From contig OZ260661.1 in the NCBI GenBank assembly GCA_965285935.1, positions 93,000,001 through 93,064,000 on the forward strand: a stretch of DNA of 64,000 nt. Direction: 5' to 3'. The notes under the pieces were generated by a model. The model saw only the letters and a list, made by a program, of their open reading frames with translations, ran no database searches and was not told the DNA's origin. The translations under genes were made by a program, and so were the position numbers. Below, piece after piece: positions 12,201 through 21,974 of this stretch (the first letter of the stretch is position 1; every line of letters starts with the position of its first letter). This stretch comes from Ophelia neglecta. Lineage: Eukaryota.

Positions 12201-14882
12201 AAGAAAAAGCGCCAGCAAGCGTGCCGCATCTAGCGAACCGCTAGCCATCACCTACGCATGCGCAACAGAATAACGAGAAGCGATGCATGTTGAACGCTAC
12301 ACGACAAACACAATGTAAATAAACCTCTAGAGTACACATGTGCCATACAGGAGTTAAACCAAAAGTAGCAATCACGCTTTTTTAAATAGTAAATATCTCA
12401 ATAGGCGTATTCACATTGCGTGTGTCGTGCAATGAAACGCAGCATAAAGCGCACGCGCAGAAGCCATACTTGTACAGGAACCCAGGTGATGGAGTACCCG
12501 AACAGGCTACATTTTATCTTTGGAGCTTCCTCTTCTTTGTTTTCTGGCGAATAGATATCTGCCTACATTGAAAGGAGGAAGCGCACATCACATAGAGTGA
12601 TGAAGGTCAAGTTCTAGCAGAACGCGTTGTAGACAGAGGAGAGGCGGAGTGATATCTGTACGCCCTAAAGATCTCGCAGGATCATATGCTTTTGACAGAT
12701 CAAATGAGATAAAGGCATGCAACGATCCGATGAAGCTGAAATTTAAGAAATATTTGATGGTTGTCAATGGACACGCGCACACACTAAATGCTCGAGTAAA
12801 ATTACCTGTTCCGAGTACACGTTGGTCGGATCCTGAAAAATGCGAATATTCCTCGTCATTAATTAAGGAAGCCATTGATATACATGTGTGGACAGAATTT
12901 GGGAAAATAATTCACTTGATTCATGGAGATCACGAAAACTTGTTTGTTCGCGAATAATCTGAAGAACAAGGAGACATTTTATTTAGGCCCTATTGATAAT
13001 TAACGAAATCGGGAATTTCATGAATTTCGACCAATGACGTATCAAGTGTTCGACGGCGACTTTATCTTCATGGGTCTACATGTATTAAACTTTACTGTCG
13101 CACACGATTTATGTGTTTTAAATCATTCTATTAAACAATACATGTACTACAATAATGACTAATGACCTATACCTAATCTAAAGGCCACGCCACAAGCATT
13201 TGAAGAAGGCTCTGTATGTACCAGGAAGTTGGTACCAGGAATGGGGTATCCATCTATTACATGCCACTGGCAGATATAGGCAGTGAGATAAGAGTGAGGA
13301 GGGTTATCACAGAAAATGGCGATGTATCTATATATTGAGGTGGAAGATGGGATTGAGCGTATTGAATACGAGATGAAGGGCCTAATGACTGGATATGGAG
13401 AGAGCTGGATGGGGTTGGGGAGACCCTCGGCCTGGCGGTTAAAGTGAGACGGGCAGCCCCTGGATATCCCCTTGTTCCGATGCTTAGCTTGTGAATATTA
13501 GATGTGGAATGGATGGGTTTGTCATAGTGAGAAGATATAATCGAAACATCGCCTTCCAAATGTGTTGATTTGAAGATCATATTGAATATTAGGGGACTAT
13601 AGACCGGGGTCTTTTCGAAATTCATGAACAACAAATAGGCTTACTAAATGATTGCTATACATTTATTAAACCCATGTGCTTCTTTTTGTAATGGAATTCA
13701 CGAAATTCACGGAAACATCGACATGATTATATCATTTGTGTTGGGAATTCATTTTTCTTTTTGTCATCATTTCACTTGTGTAATTGTTTCCTTTTATAAG
13801 TTTGAAATGGTTGATTTTTTAATCTCTAATTCACGAATTAACAGTGTTCATTATCTCCCAAATCCTGTCCATCTCTGTGGATTGTACAAGGCCAATTATT
13901 CTCAGAGTTCTAGGCCTCTGACGTCATCTCTCTGACGTCATCTCCAACTCGCGATAAGGAACTCCTAAATCTCAACTCTCTAATTACGCAGTAAATATTA
14001 TGAAATTAAATTTTCTAATGGCAAAATATGAAAATAAACTGTGAGAAAATGTTAGAAATTAAGATAAAATTCAAAGTAGTCGAAATGAAATTTAGTGTAC
14101 ATTTGACATGTCTATAGTTGCACATATTATGTATAATCGTTTTAATTCAATAATCGTCGGATCCAATATAAGTCGAAGAAAAAGAAGACATAATAATTTG
14201 CCTTCAATGCAATAAGTATGAAGTATCAAAAGCAGACGATATTTTTGCAACTAATAAGACGAAATGACAGGCATCATAAACTAATTCATTTCTCTACTTG
14301 TGCAGGACTATTTGTTTAAAGATTAAACAAGATATGTAAGTCTGTTGAATCAAAAAGTGGGAAAAAAAAACTACTCGAAGAGTAAACTGATCTTGGGTTG
14401 TATTTCTGCTTATTATTTCATTCATCAATAAGATTAAGATTGGAAATTGCTTCTATGCAAAATGGGACGCATTCTTATTTCGAAAATATTCGAGTGATGT
14501 GACTGGTTTGCAGTGGTAACTCAGGTTATTATCTGAGATGTTATGTGTAAATAATTAAACAGGGAATTAGAACTTGGTCCAGAAAAACTCATTCATTTTA
14601 CAAACAATCCAATGATCAGTAAACTCTAGAAACAGATATGTAAAGAAAACGGAAATAAATATAATTAAAAAAAAACGTAACAGTTAACAGTTGGTTTAAC
14701 ATGAAATTAACTATAAGTAAATCGAAGTACTATTAGAACTAAGAAAGAACGTGACACTAAACTAAAGGTTGGTGCGTGGTCTAGATTATCTTACCTTGTG
14801 CATCTATGACTGTCACGAAATTGAACATGAAGATGAACGCCAGAGCACAAGCTCTGGCGTCCGCTAATCTTGGCGGTCGCAT
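1..14882 (-). CDS. Gene A: secreted giant collagen alpha chain with N-terminal vWA domain (multi-exon, 3' end outside window)
   Basis: Spliced GT-AG model: 14882-14795 (signal peptide), 12167-11562 (vWA), then Gly-X-Y exons 10444-9947, 9760-9425, 9288-9139, 8836-8252, 8104-7877, 7684-7241, 7026-6658, 6505-6281, 6028-5903, 5791-5252, 5137-4922, 4545-4396, 4230-3637, 3473-3126, 2447-2223, 2008-1658, 1463-789, 611-486, 264-<1. All junctions are phase 1 and keep the frame; ~2150 collagenous residues lie in the window. Confidence 0.93.
486..611 (-). CDS. Gene A collagen exon, 126 nt (14 triplets)
   Basis: Gly-X-Y, AG/GT flanks, phase 1-1. Confidence 0.9.
789..1463 (-). CDS. Gene A collagen exon, 675 nt (75 triplets)
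   Basis: Gly-X-Y, AG/GT flanks. Confidence 0.92.
1658..2008 (-). CDS. Gene A collagen exon, 351 nt (39 triplets)
   Basis: Gly-X-Y part of ORF 1620..2021, AG/GT flanks. Confidence 0.9.
2223..2447 (-). CDS. Gene A collagen exon, 225 nt (25 triplets)
   Basis: Gly-X-Y part of ORF 2179..2484. Confidence 0.9.
3126..3473 (-). CDS. Gene A collagen exon, 348 nt, with GPTVTG interruption
   Basis: Gly-X-Y part of ORF 3118..3543. Confidence 0.9.
3637..4230 (-). CDS. Gene A collagen exon, 594 nt (66 triplets)
   Basis: Gly-X-Y part of ORF 3503..4246. Confidence 0.92.
4396..4545 (-). CDS. Gene A collagen exon, 150 nt, with G-G-GER break
   Basis: [14 protein letters not shown]...GLP, AG/GT flanks. Confidence 0.88.
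4922..5137 (-). CDS. Gene A collagen exon, 216 nt (24 triplets)
   Basis: Gly-X-Y, AG/GT flanks. Confidence 0.88.
5252..5791 (-). CDS. Gene A collagen exon, 540 nt (60 triplets)
   Basis: Gly-X-Y part of ORF 5229..5807. Confidence 0.92.
5903..6028 (-). CDS. Gene A collagen exon, 126 nt (14 triplets)
   Basis: Gly-X-Y, AG/GT flanks. Confidence 0.88.
6281..6505 (-). CDS. Gene A collagen exon, 225 nt (25 triplets)
   Basis: Gly-X-Y, AG/GT flanks. Confidence 0.9.
6658..7026 (-). CDS. Gene A collagen exon, 369 nt (41 triplets)
   Basis: Gly-X-Y, AG/GT flanks. Confidence 0.9.
7241..7684 (-). CDS. Gene A collagen exon, 444 nt, with GSEAG interruption
   Basis: Gly-X-Y, AG/GT flanks. Confidence 0.9.
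7877..8104 (-). CDS. Gene A collagen exon, 228 nt, with GSEPG interruption
   Basis: Gly-X-Y part of ORF 7857..8132. Confidence 0.88.
8252..8836 (-). CDS. Gene A collagen exon, 585 nt (65 triplets)
   Basis: Gly-X-Y part of ORF 8238..8855. Confidence 0.92.
9139..9288 (-). CDS. Gene A collagen exon, 150 nt, with GSSPAG interruption
   Basis: Gly-X-Y part of ORF 9128..9340. Confidence 0.9.
9425..9760 (-). CDS. Gene A collagen exon, 336 nt, with GTQSG interruption
   Basis: Gly-X-Y, AG/GT flanks. Confidence 0.9.
9947..10444 (-). CDS. Gene A first collagen exon, 498 nt, with GSQPG interruption
   Basis: Gly-X-Y part of ORF 9924..10460. Confidence 0.92.
10981..11098. mobile_element. Small MITE-like element with ~20-bp terminal inverted repeats
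   Basis: GGTTGTCTTTCACAGAAAAA ... TTTATCTGTGAAAGACAGCC (18/20 inverted match) in a gene A intron. Confidence 0.5.
11562..12167 (-). CDS. Gene A vWA domain exon (606 nt, phase 1-1), degenerate MIDAS
   Basis: [17 protein letters not shown]...[10 protein letters not shown]...[17 protein letters not shown]...ITSVGFG...LQVIAS...ICPG; typical vWA pattern with flanking Cys. Confidence 0.92.
12806..12832 (-). CDS. Candidate 27-nt phase 1-1 microexon of gene A (GSDQRVLGT)
   Basis: tttttcag acceptor and CAG|gtaatt donor; in frame between the signal and vWA exons; no transcript evidence. Confidence 0.35.
14795..14882 (-). CDS. Gene A start and signal peptide (exon spans 14930-14795)
   Basis: [29 protein letters not shown]|G; G|gtaag donor; polypyrimidine-cag acceptor at 14931. 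Confidence 0.85.
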
Positions 14883-15158
14883 TGTGCGGGTCACTTATTT
14901 TGCGGATCTATAACGTTTTCTTCACAAAATCTGACAAAAAGAAGAAAATATTTTGTGTTGTATAGTTAAGCAAAAATGTTTTTTGAAATCTGAGATATTC
15001 TGTTAACATAAGAGGATATTAAATCTTAGTTAGATGCCAAGTTTATTTTCTGCGACCTAGTATGGTTTGACTCTCTGGCGCAATGCGATAAATGGTAGTA
15101 GTAAACGAAAGAACAACTACAAAGAACAGCAGAAAGTAGTGTATGGTATAATTACCTT

Positions 15159-15194
15159 CTAAACATTCAGTCCCGCGTGACTATCTCGATACAT
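15159..15194 (-). promoter_or_regulatory. uORF MYRDSHAGLNV* in gene A 5'UTR
   Basis: ATG...TAG followed by AAG|GT; positional counterpart in gene B. Confidence 0.6.
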
Positions 15195-15230
15195 GTCCTT
15201 CAGACCCGCTAAAATGTGTTTTTTTTACTC

Positions 15231-15331
15231 AGCCCTATAGGCCTGGTCGGGCCTTGTCTGGACAACTGGCTCCCGCCGTTCACGAGGCTCAGCTAAATCA
15301 GACAAGGCCTTCCGACGACTCGCCTTGGCTA
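15231..15331 (-). promoter_or_regulatory. Conserved 5'UTR RNA stem-loop element, copy A
   Basis: 11-bp stem GGCCUUGUCUG/CAGACAAGGCC (15309-15299 with 15260-15250); shared with gene B copy. Confidence 0.8.
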
Positions 15332-18300
15332 CCGTTCGGAAAGAAAACCGAACTCACCTGGAAAACATAAACGGAAAACATGAACACATCAGATCGTGAT
15401 CACAGATGTGTGCTATCGGTATTTCCTTTGGCGGGGGTGACATTTTTAGGAAATTCAAGATGATATGAATAATTCATTCAAGATAATATTTAAAATTCAT
15501 AAATCATGTAATAGTTATTTAAACTTCGCATTTCCCATCATTCTCCAACCATGTTTGTACACCCTGCAATTAATGGTTTAATACAGAAAACAAGTACGTG
15601 GCTTATGATTTGCAAGTTAATAAAAAGTATCTTAACACATTGGTTTCGTTTGTATAATTTATATCTACATCGTTCCGGGGACAGAAGAAACACAATTGTT
15701 TATTTAACCTTGTTATAATAAAATACTGCGCTGGTAATGTTTGACTTTTGATATTTTTATTTCAGTTTATTTTACCAACTACAAAACTACTGATGAAAAC
15801 AGGTCCTACTAGATAGAAGCGAGGCGCACACCCGTAACGTGTCAGCCTGACCAAGTTTTATCACAAACTGGCAAATCGTGACCACAAAATACAAGTCGTT
15901 ACTATGTCTGTCTTTTTTTGACGTCTGCAGTTTGAAGGGCTCATGATGAACGAGCTTGTGGTTTTTAACTTTATATGATGAATGAAAACGACTTGCTTTT
16001 AATCTAAAAATACTACAGAGAAATAGTTTGGTTACATAACCAAAACCAAAAAACACTTATGTATAACTTTACCAGCGACAGTGTTTTTTCAATAATTTCA
16101 GACAAGTAGGTTTTCTACTTTATTTTATTTTTTTAATGCGTGAACCGGTTGAAAAGTTTATTCAATAAGCCTAGAGATGTAAAAATACTGACAAATTCGG
16201 GATGCCACAGCCCATTGACATGAGACTCCTTGCCAAAATATCCCTTTTTGTTACTACCTTACCATGCAGGACAATAGCTTCCCCCATCTCCAAAGATGCA
16301 GTGACTTAACCGACAAAGGATTCAATTTATCGTTGCCTAGACGTCAGGCGAGTTAATTACTTGCTTGTATTTAAAATATTAATTAACGCTTAATTGTCGT
16401 CTTTATTTTGTAGGACCGTCTCATTAGCATACACAGACGCTAATTCAACACAAGAATTGTAGCTTAAAAGTTTATACCTTTCTATATTTAACAAATATAT
16501 GTTAAGTTTTTACACGTTAATGACTCCCCGCTTTAGCCTTGTGCCGTAGGGTGATCTTGTATTTAAGGGACACGCGCCACGATTGTGGAATACAATCCCA
16601 CAGAACACTTAGGCAATGTTCTGTGCTGGGTGTTTAATAAAAGATATCTAAAGTAATATCTAATGAAAATTGCCTTCGATTTGTTATGTCTTAATATGTA
16701 AACTAATGTTATTAGTGGCAGTGTTCAAGTAATCATGGGACATACTTTACCCTTAGTTAGGTTTCATAAATAATATTAACCAGGTCTTCCCTGCCTAATT
16801 TACTATTATAACAAAATTACTTGTGGCTTTGCTAATTACACTGTAGTATTAATGATAAATAAAACTCGAGAACCAATGTCGGGAAAACTTGTAAAATACA
16901 TAATGAAAGCAAGCATCTGTTTCGTTATTTTATTCCTACGAAGAGGCCTGAGGGGTATGATGAGACACGTAAATATACTTTAATTCTTCAACATGACAAA
17001 TTGACATAATCGTTTCAGAAATGATACGAGTAGCTTGCTGGAGGCTATAGATTCGACATTGTCCATCCATTCGTTTCTCTTTGGCTGTAGGTTATGGAAC
17101 GTATTTGCTATAAATATGACACCCTGACTGACAGGTACGGGTCTGTATAGAAGCGCAAGTCTTTACTATTTCAACTATAGGCATACTATAGTATTTCATA
17201 ACCAAACATAACGTTTTGTCCGACAATATACAGGCCTAGCTACATGAATATTGGTAACACCGCAGTTCAGCAATGCTAACAACAAATTTCACTGAGTATG
17301 AAATGCTGCTTGTATTCTGAGAATCATCGATGCTATATTCACATTTTCATCATTGATTAATTTCGTGGAAACCAAAATATATATGCATAGACTAGATTTT
17401 CTACCTGTGAAGAACTAGACCTACATGGGCATGAGACGAATTCTGCTGGTCAGTGCGTTCATTGAAGAACGGACATTTACCAGATGAATGAATGTTTAAA
17501 GGACGCCCTGCCGATTTATTTAAAGTTTGACTGGAATAACAACAAAAGACTTGCTTCAATATAAAGCCTTAGTGTCATCAGCACCATGATTGAGCTTTTA
17601 GTTTCAACCTTATATAGAATGGGCGCCAATGCATAAAAACCCTTCGTGCCACTGAATGGAAGTTGGAGAGATCGGAAGGGAGTTCAACATAGGTTAACTC
17701 TACAGGAGTTGCTATGGGTGGTCAGAGATATGTGCTCTGGTCCTTCTTTATTGCAAAATTCTTTTTTTTTTCTTCAGATAAAAGCTTCAGAATGATTTAG
17801 ATAATTAAGCCCGGCACTAATACAAAATGTTCACGTGTGATAACCAAATATGGCTTTTAAAAACAGGGTGATAATTTTTCTAGTGTTTATTATTGTCGTC
17901 TGCAGATGAATGTCAATTTACAAGGACGTATATTTCTGTTCCTTATTTCATTTACCCCAAGAAAAGCAACAAGTTTTGAAGGTCATGACCAGATTTCACT
18001 TGGAAGATGGGGAGATGACTTTCTTCCCTCCATCCCCACCCGGACGCCGCCGAAACTCCCCTGTGACCACTCATGGATGGAAAAATAATGGCTATGGACA
18101 AATCTGCCAGCCTCCAACCGACACAAAAACCGCCAATATAGGCATCTAAACATATAAATCATCGTATCCACCATAGCCATTTTCATATAGACCTATGGTG
18201 CCAGGACTATCTATTGTGCCAGGACTATCAGTGCGAAAATCAGAGCGTTTGGGTAGCAAAGGAGGATATATATGCCTAGAATGTTATACACTAAGGGTGG

Positions 18301-21300
18301 CAACGTAAGTAGTTTAGGCCTAGTTTACAAATGAAAAAAATAGATGACTCGAGGTCAAGGTGAACGAAAATACAAATAAAAACCGAGCGCCCCTAAGACA
18401 AAGAAAACTCTTTAAATCGTCGACACTTTGTTATTATGATTGAGTAAGGCTCTTCGGACAAGAACTCAAAGGATGACAGTGCACCGTCTTTCCGCTTGGG
18501 TGAACCCGAGTGGGCCAATGCTTTTCTTAGAACTGCATTAAAAAAACTGTAGTTGAACCAAATAAAAGTCGATGTTGAGAAGTCTACACTTGTCTTATGA
18601 CTCATACAAGTCCCTGTTTCTTCATGCGCAGAATCTATGTAGTTTCCATTACTTAATTTCAATTCAATTTAATTGTATGACAATTTATTCATTTCAGAAA
18701 GGCCTATTGTGTTTGAAAATAGCAATAAGATTGCCTAAATTGTAAGTAATAAAGTATAACTGTTGTATTCGCACTATAGGCTTAATAAAATTGTGCAAAT
18801 TAACTGTATGGACCAGCCGTGCATATCATAGAATTCATATATAGTTGACCTACTGAGAAATATAAAACGGGCAGATGATTTGTATGTAGATCATCATAAT
18901 TCTTAACATGTCAACAGTGGACTATCATCTGATATGTTAACACCACGTCCAATTGGTGGGTTCATCTCTTGAATGTTAGTGGCCTGCAGGAAGGTGGTCA
19001 TTGGTCCTGATCGTCGAGGGTTGATGGGAATGACTAGGCAGTTTAGTCCACAGTGAAAGCACATTATATAGAATGCATGTGTCTCATAGGTTAACATCAC
19101 ACTAAGAATGGTCTGGTCTAGTGACTTGACATTTTAGCAATGACATTTTTTATATGTGGCATTTATCAACTTTTCACAAAAAATACGCAAAGTGTGTCTG
19201 CCTTTTGGTTGACACCGATTAATCAAGCTTCACGCCCGCTTTTGTGGTCTTGGTGCTTTTATGTTGTCAGATAACTAAGAGGTATATTGCATGTAATTTT
19301 AGTTTAGAGTAAAATCTTAAGAAAACCTCTTCGAGGTATAACAGGTTATTCCAGTCGCACTGAAGCAAACGCGTTCTTTCAGCCAATGAAACTATATAAT
19401 GTCTTGGGAAATTCCAAGCGTACGTTCTATAATAGGCGATAATGTTATCAATATTAATATTTAATATTTAGGCCATCTTCTTGCAATTACTCATACAGGT
19501 TATAGATCTATAGACCGGTGTATAGCTCTATCATATCCTATGCATATGTCAAACCCATTAGGACATATATATAACACAAATAATTGAAATTTTTCAACCC
19601 AGGTAAAGCGGTGATTGGCATTTTCCATGTGAAGGGAATGTTGGCTAAACATATAATGTTTATAAATGGAAACGGATCAAATAGTCGTAGGACGTACAGT
19701 AACCAGATTTAACATGCCCATACAGCTTGTTCAGCTTATTTCTATTAATTTTCCATTTTTATTCATGCTAGACTTTAAGTATTCAGAAATTCAGTTTCCA
19801 TCAAGCCAAGTACCCTATATTTTTTATAACGATACACATTAGAGGCTTATATTTTTCTGACCGGACTGTCCTATCGGGCCCAGACGACATTTAGACGATG
19901 TATAAGATGCAAATACGCCACCCTGCGGCTAACCAGGCAAAGATTCGAGAGCGAATCAAAATTCGTCCTTCTGTTCACTGCGACATGCTGTTTGCTTGGC
20001 GACTTTTTTGCACCTGACACTATCTGATTAATTCTAAACTGCTGCCTAGAGCATGGCTGTAATAGCTCGATATACAAATATGATAGACATGTATTTCGTT
20101 AACTGACATGAATCTGCACCAGTTAGGTATATATTAAAAACTTTGTTTGAAAAAAACAATTCCCCCAAGACACACTGAACAAAGGCCATTGCAGCCGATA
20201 ATTTAGCCGCTGACAACATATACCAGTCAAATAAGTACAACTTTTGCCTATATTACAATGATGTGCGTAGATAATATAGTAGTTTTTTGGTGTACCAATG
20301 TTATGCTATAGAACTTGGCGCTTTTGCCGTCAATGAATGGCATTGAAGAGTCCACATGCATGAACGTTAACCGCAGGCCAGCCGCAAACAAGCTGTATTG
20401 GTGCAACCTTGGTCTCGCCAGCCAGTTTTATCCAGTTTGTCTACCAAACAAAATACTTGCACTTGCTGCTTTCATGTTTAATAAAATACATCTCACCAAA
20501 AAAAGAGGTAGCTCGAAATGATTTTACTAATGTTAATACAAAATACTGATGGTATAGTCAAATGTCATTGGGACGGCGTGATTTTTTAAGAAAAAAAATT
20601 CATTAAAATATGAATGAACTTTTCTTGACCCTATATAGGCCTGGCCTATAACAAGACAAGCGTTTGTTTTGTGATGATGTACAGTTTCTGCCACAAGACA
20701 TACACAGTACACATACATCTTTCAACACCAGAATTATAAGCTCCCTATCAGATACAACGCAGCCTTTAAGAATCTAACGATGCAGATCTCTTGAGATCTA
20801 AGGTGAACCATTACTTATGAATCATCAATTTGTCCATCATTATATAAACCTACAGTGCACTGTTTACGCTTGAAGTACATGTAGCATTGTGAGCGAACTG
20901 TTAAGTCTGTCCATTTATAACATACTTTGTTGGTTATGAAATGAATGGCGCCTTCTGGTCGAATGCATGTTTGGAAGCGTGGAGAAGTCCAGAAATGCCA
21001 ATCGGTGAATGACCGCTGTATAACCTACGTTTGTGTCGTATGGTCCGTGGGGTTCAGAATTAGTGGAGGTCTATTTGCCCCACTCCCCTCTCCCCACCCC
21101 TACCAAATAAACCCACCAACTCACAGGGAATCAGCCTATCACGAGTGTGGGTGATTTGAGTACAAAAAATAACCTTAGTTTCCTTAGCTATGAATATAGA
21201 TTTCTTGACTTCAAAATTGTAACATTATCAGTGAAGCATTTTAAAAGCTTATTTCCGTCAAAATGAGGGGTTATTAATATATAAGTAATATGCACAGGTA

Positions 21301-21935
21301 CCTAAATCTAGATGTGCATATTACCTGAATCATAGTTTCAGCTTCTCATGCCTTACATTGTAGCGGGGGGGGGGGGGTCTACCAACAAGTAATTTAACTC
21401 TCGACTGCTATCATTGCATCAGCTGTGCCAAAGGAATGCGGCTTTGCAGCTCACTGAGGCGTCCCCTTGTTGGGTTCAGAAGTAGCTTGGGGTCAGTGCC
21501 GAAGGTCAACCCAAGCGTCTGATTGGGCGCTGACTCCAGATTCCAGGTTCCCTTACAGGCCCTTCTGACAATGTCTATATAAGGGTGTCCCCGAAAAAAC
21601 TGTCCGGCCTTTTCGAGTCTACACAATGACGTTACTGTACCTAATGGTCTATCACTGTCAGGAGATGCTTGCTTTTTGGTGCGGTGGAATGCACACCGAA
21701 ACTGTTCTAAATCAGGTTTGGGGTAAGCTAACTTCCCAGGCCCGCAGCCTCAGGGTCCTCGTAAATGTAGGCCTTACCGATACGTTTTCTGGGTAATATC
21801 GTTTGATTTCCGGGGGGGGGGGTGCAAAGATTTTGCTCGATTTTCACTCGACACGAAGAAACAACGGGGCGGTTTAACGGCGGCTTTCATCGTTTCTCTA
21901 ATAGCACATTATAGAGCGTTTGACTGTATGGTCAA

Positions 21936-21974
21936 CCCCCAACCCCCCACCCCCCACCCCCCACCCCCACCCCC
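21936..21974 (-). repeat. C-run tract (G-quadruplex-capable on minus strand)
   Basis: CCCCCAACCCCCCACCCCCCACCCCCCACCCCCACCCCC. Confidence 0.6.

Larger units (their letters stand above)
15156..15357 (-). other. Gene A non-coding 5'UTR exon (202 nt)
   Basis: ttttccag acceptor, AAG|gtaat donor; homologous to 50943-51159 of gene B. Confidence 0.75.

Noticed and set aside
12253-12430. TACGCATGCGC (NRF1-like; also 53638-53648) and an imperfect inverted repeat 12296-12326 / 12403-12430
   Set aside because: Distances to the exon differ between genes and the context resembles decayed MITE ends; not enough to call regulatory.
12649-12957. 102-aa plus-strand ORF and nearby exon-like minus-strand segments (~12470-12735)
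   Set aside because: No recognisable domain; phase-1 reading of the minus-strand candidates hits stop codons.
13257-13634. 125-aa ORF in the gene A intron as a possible lost vWA1 exon
   Set aside because: No vWA motifs and no frame-compatible splice pair seen.
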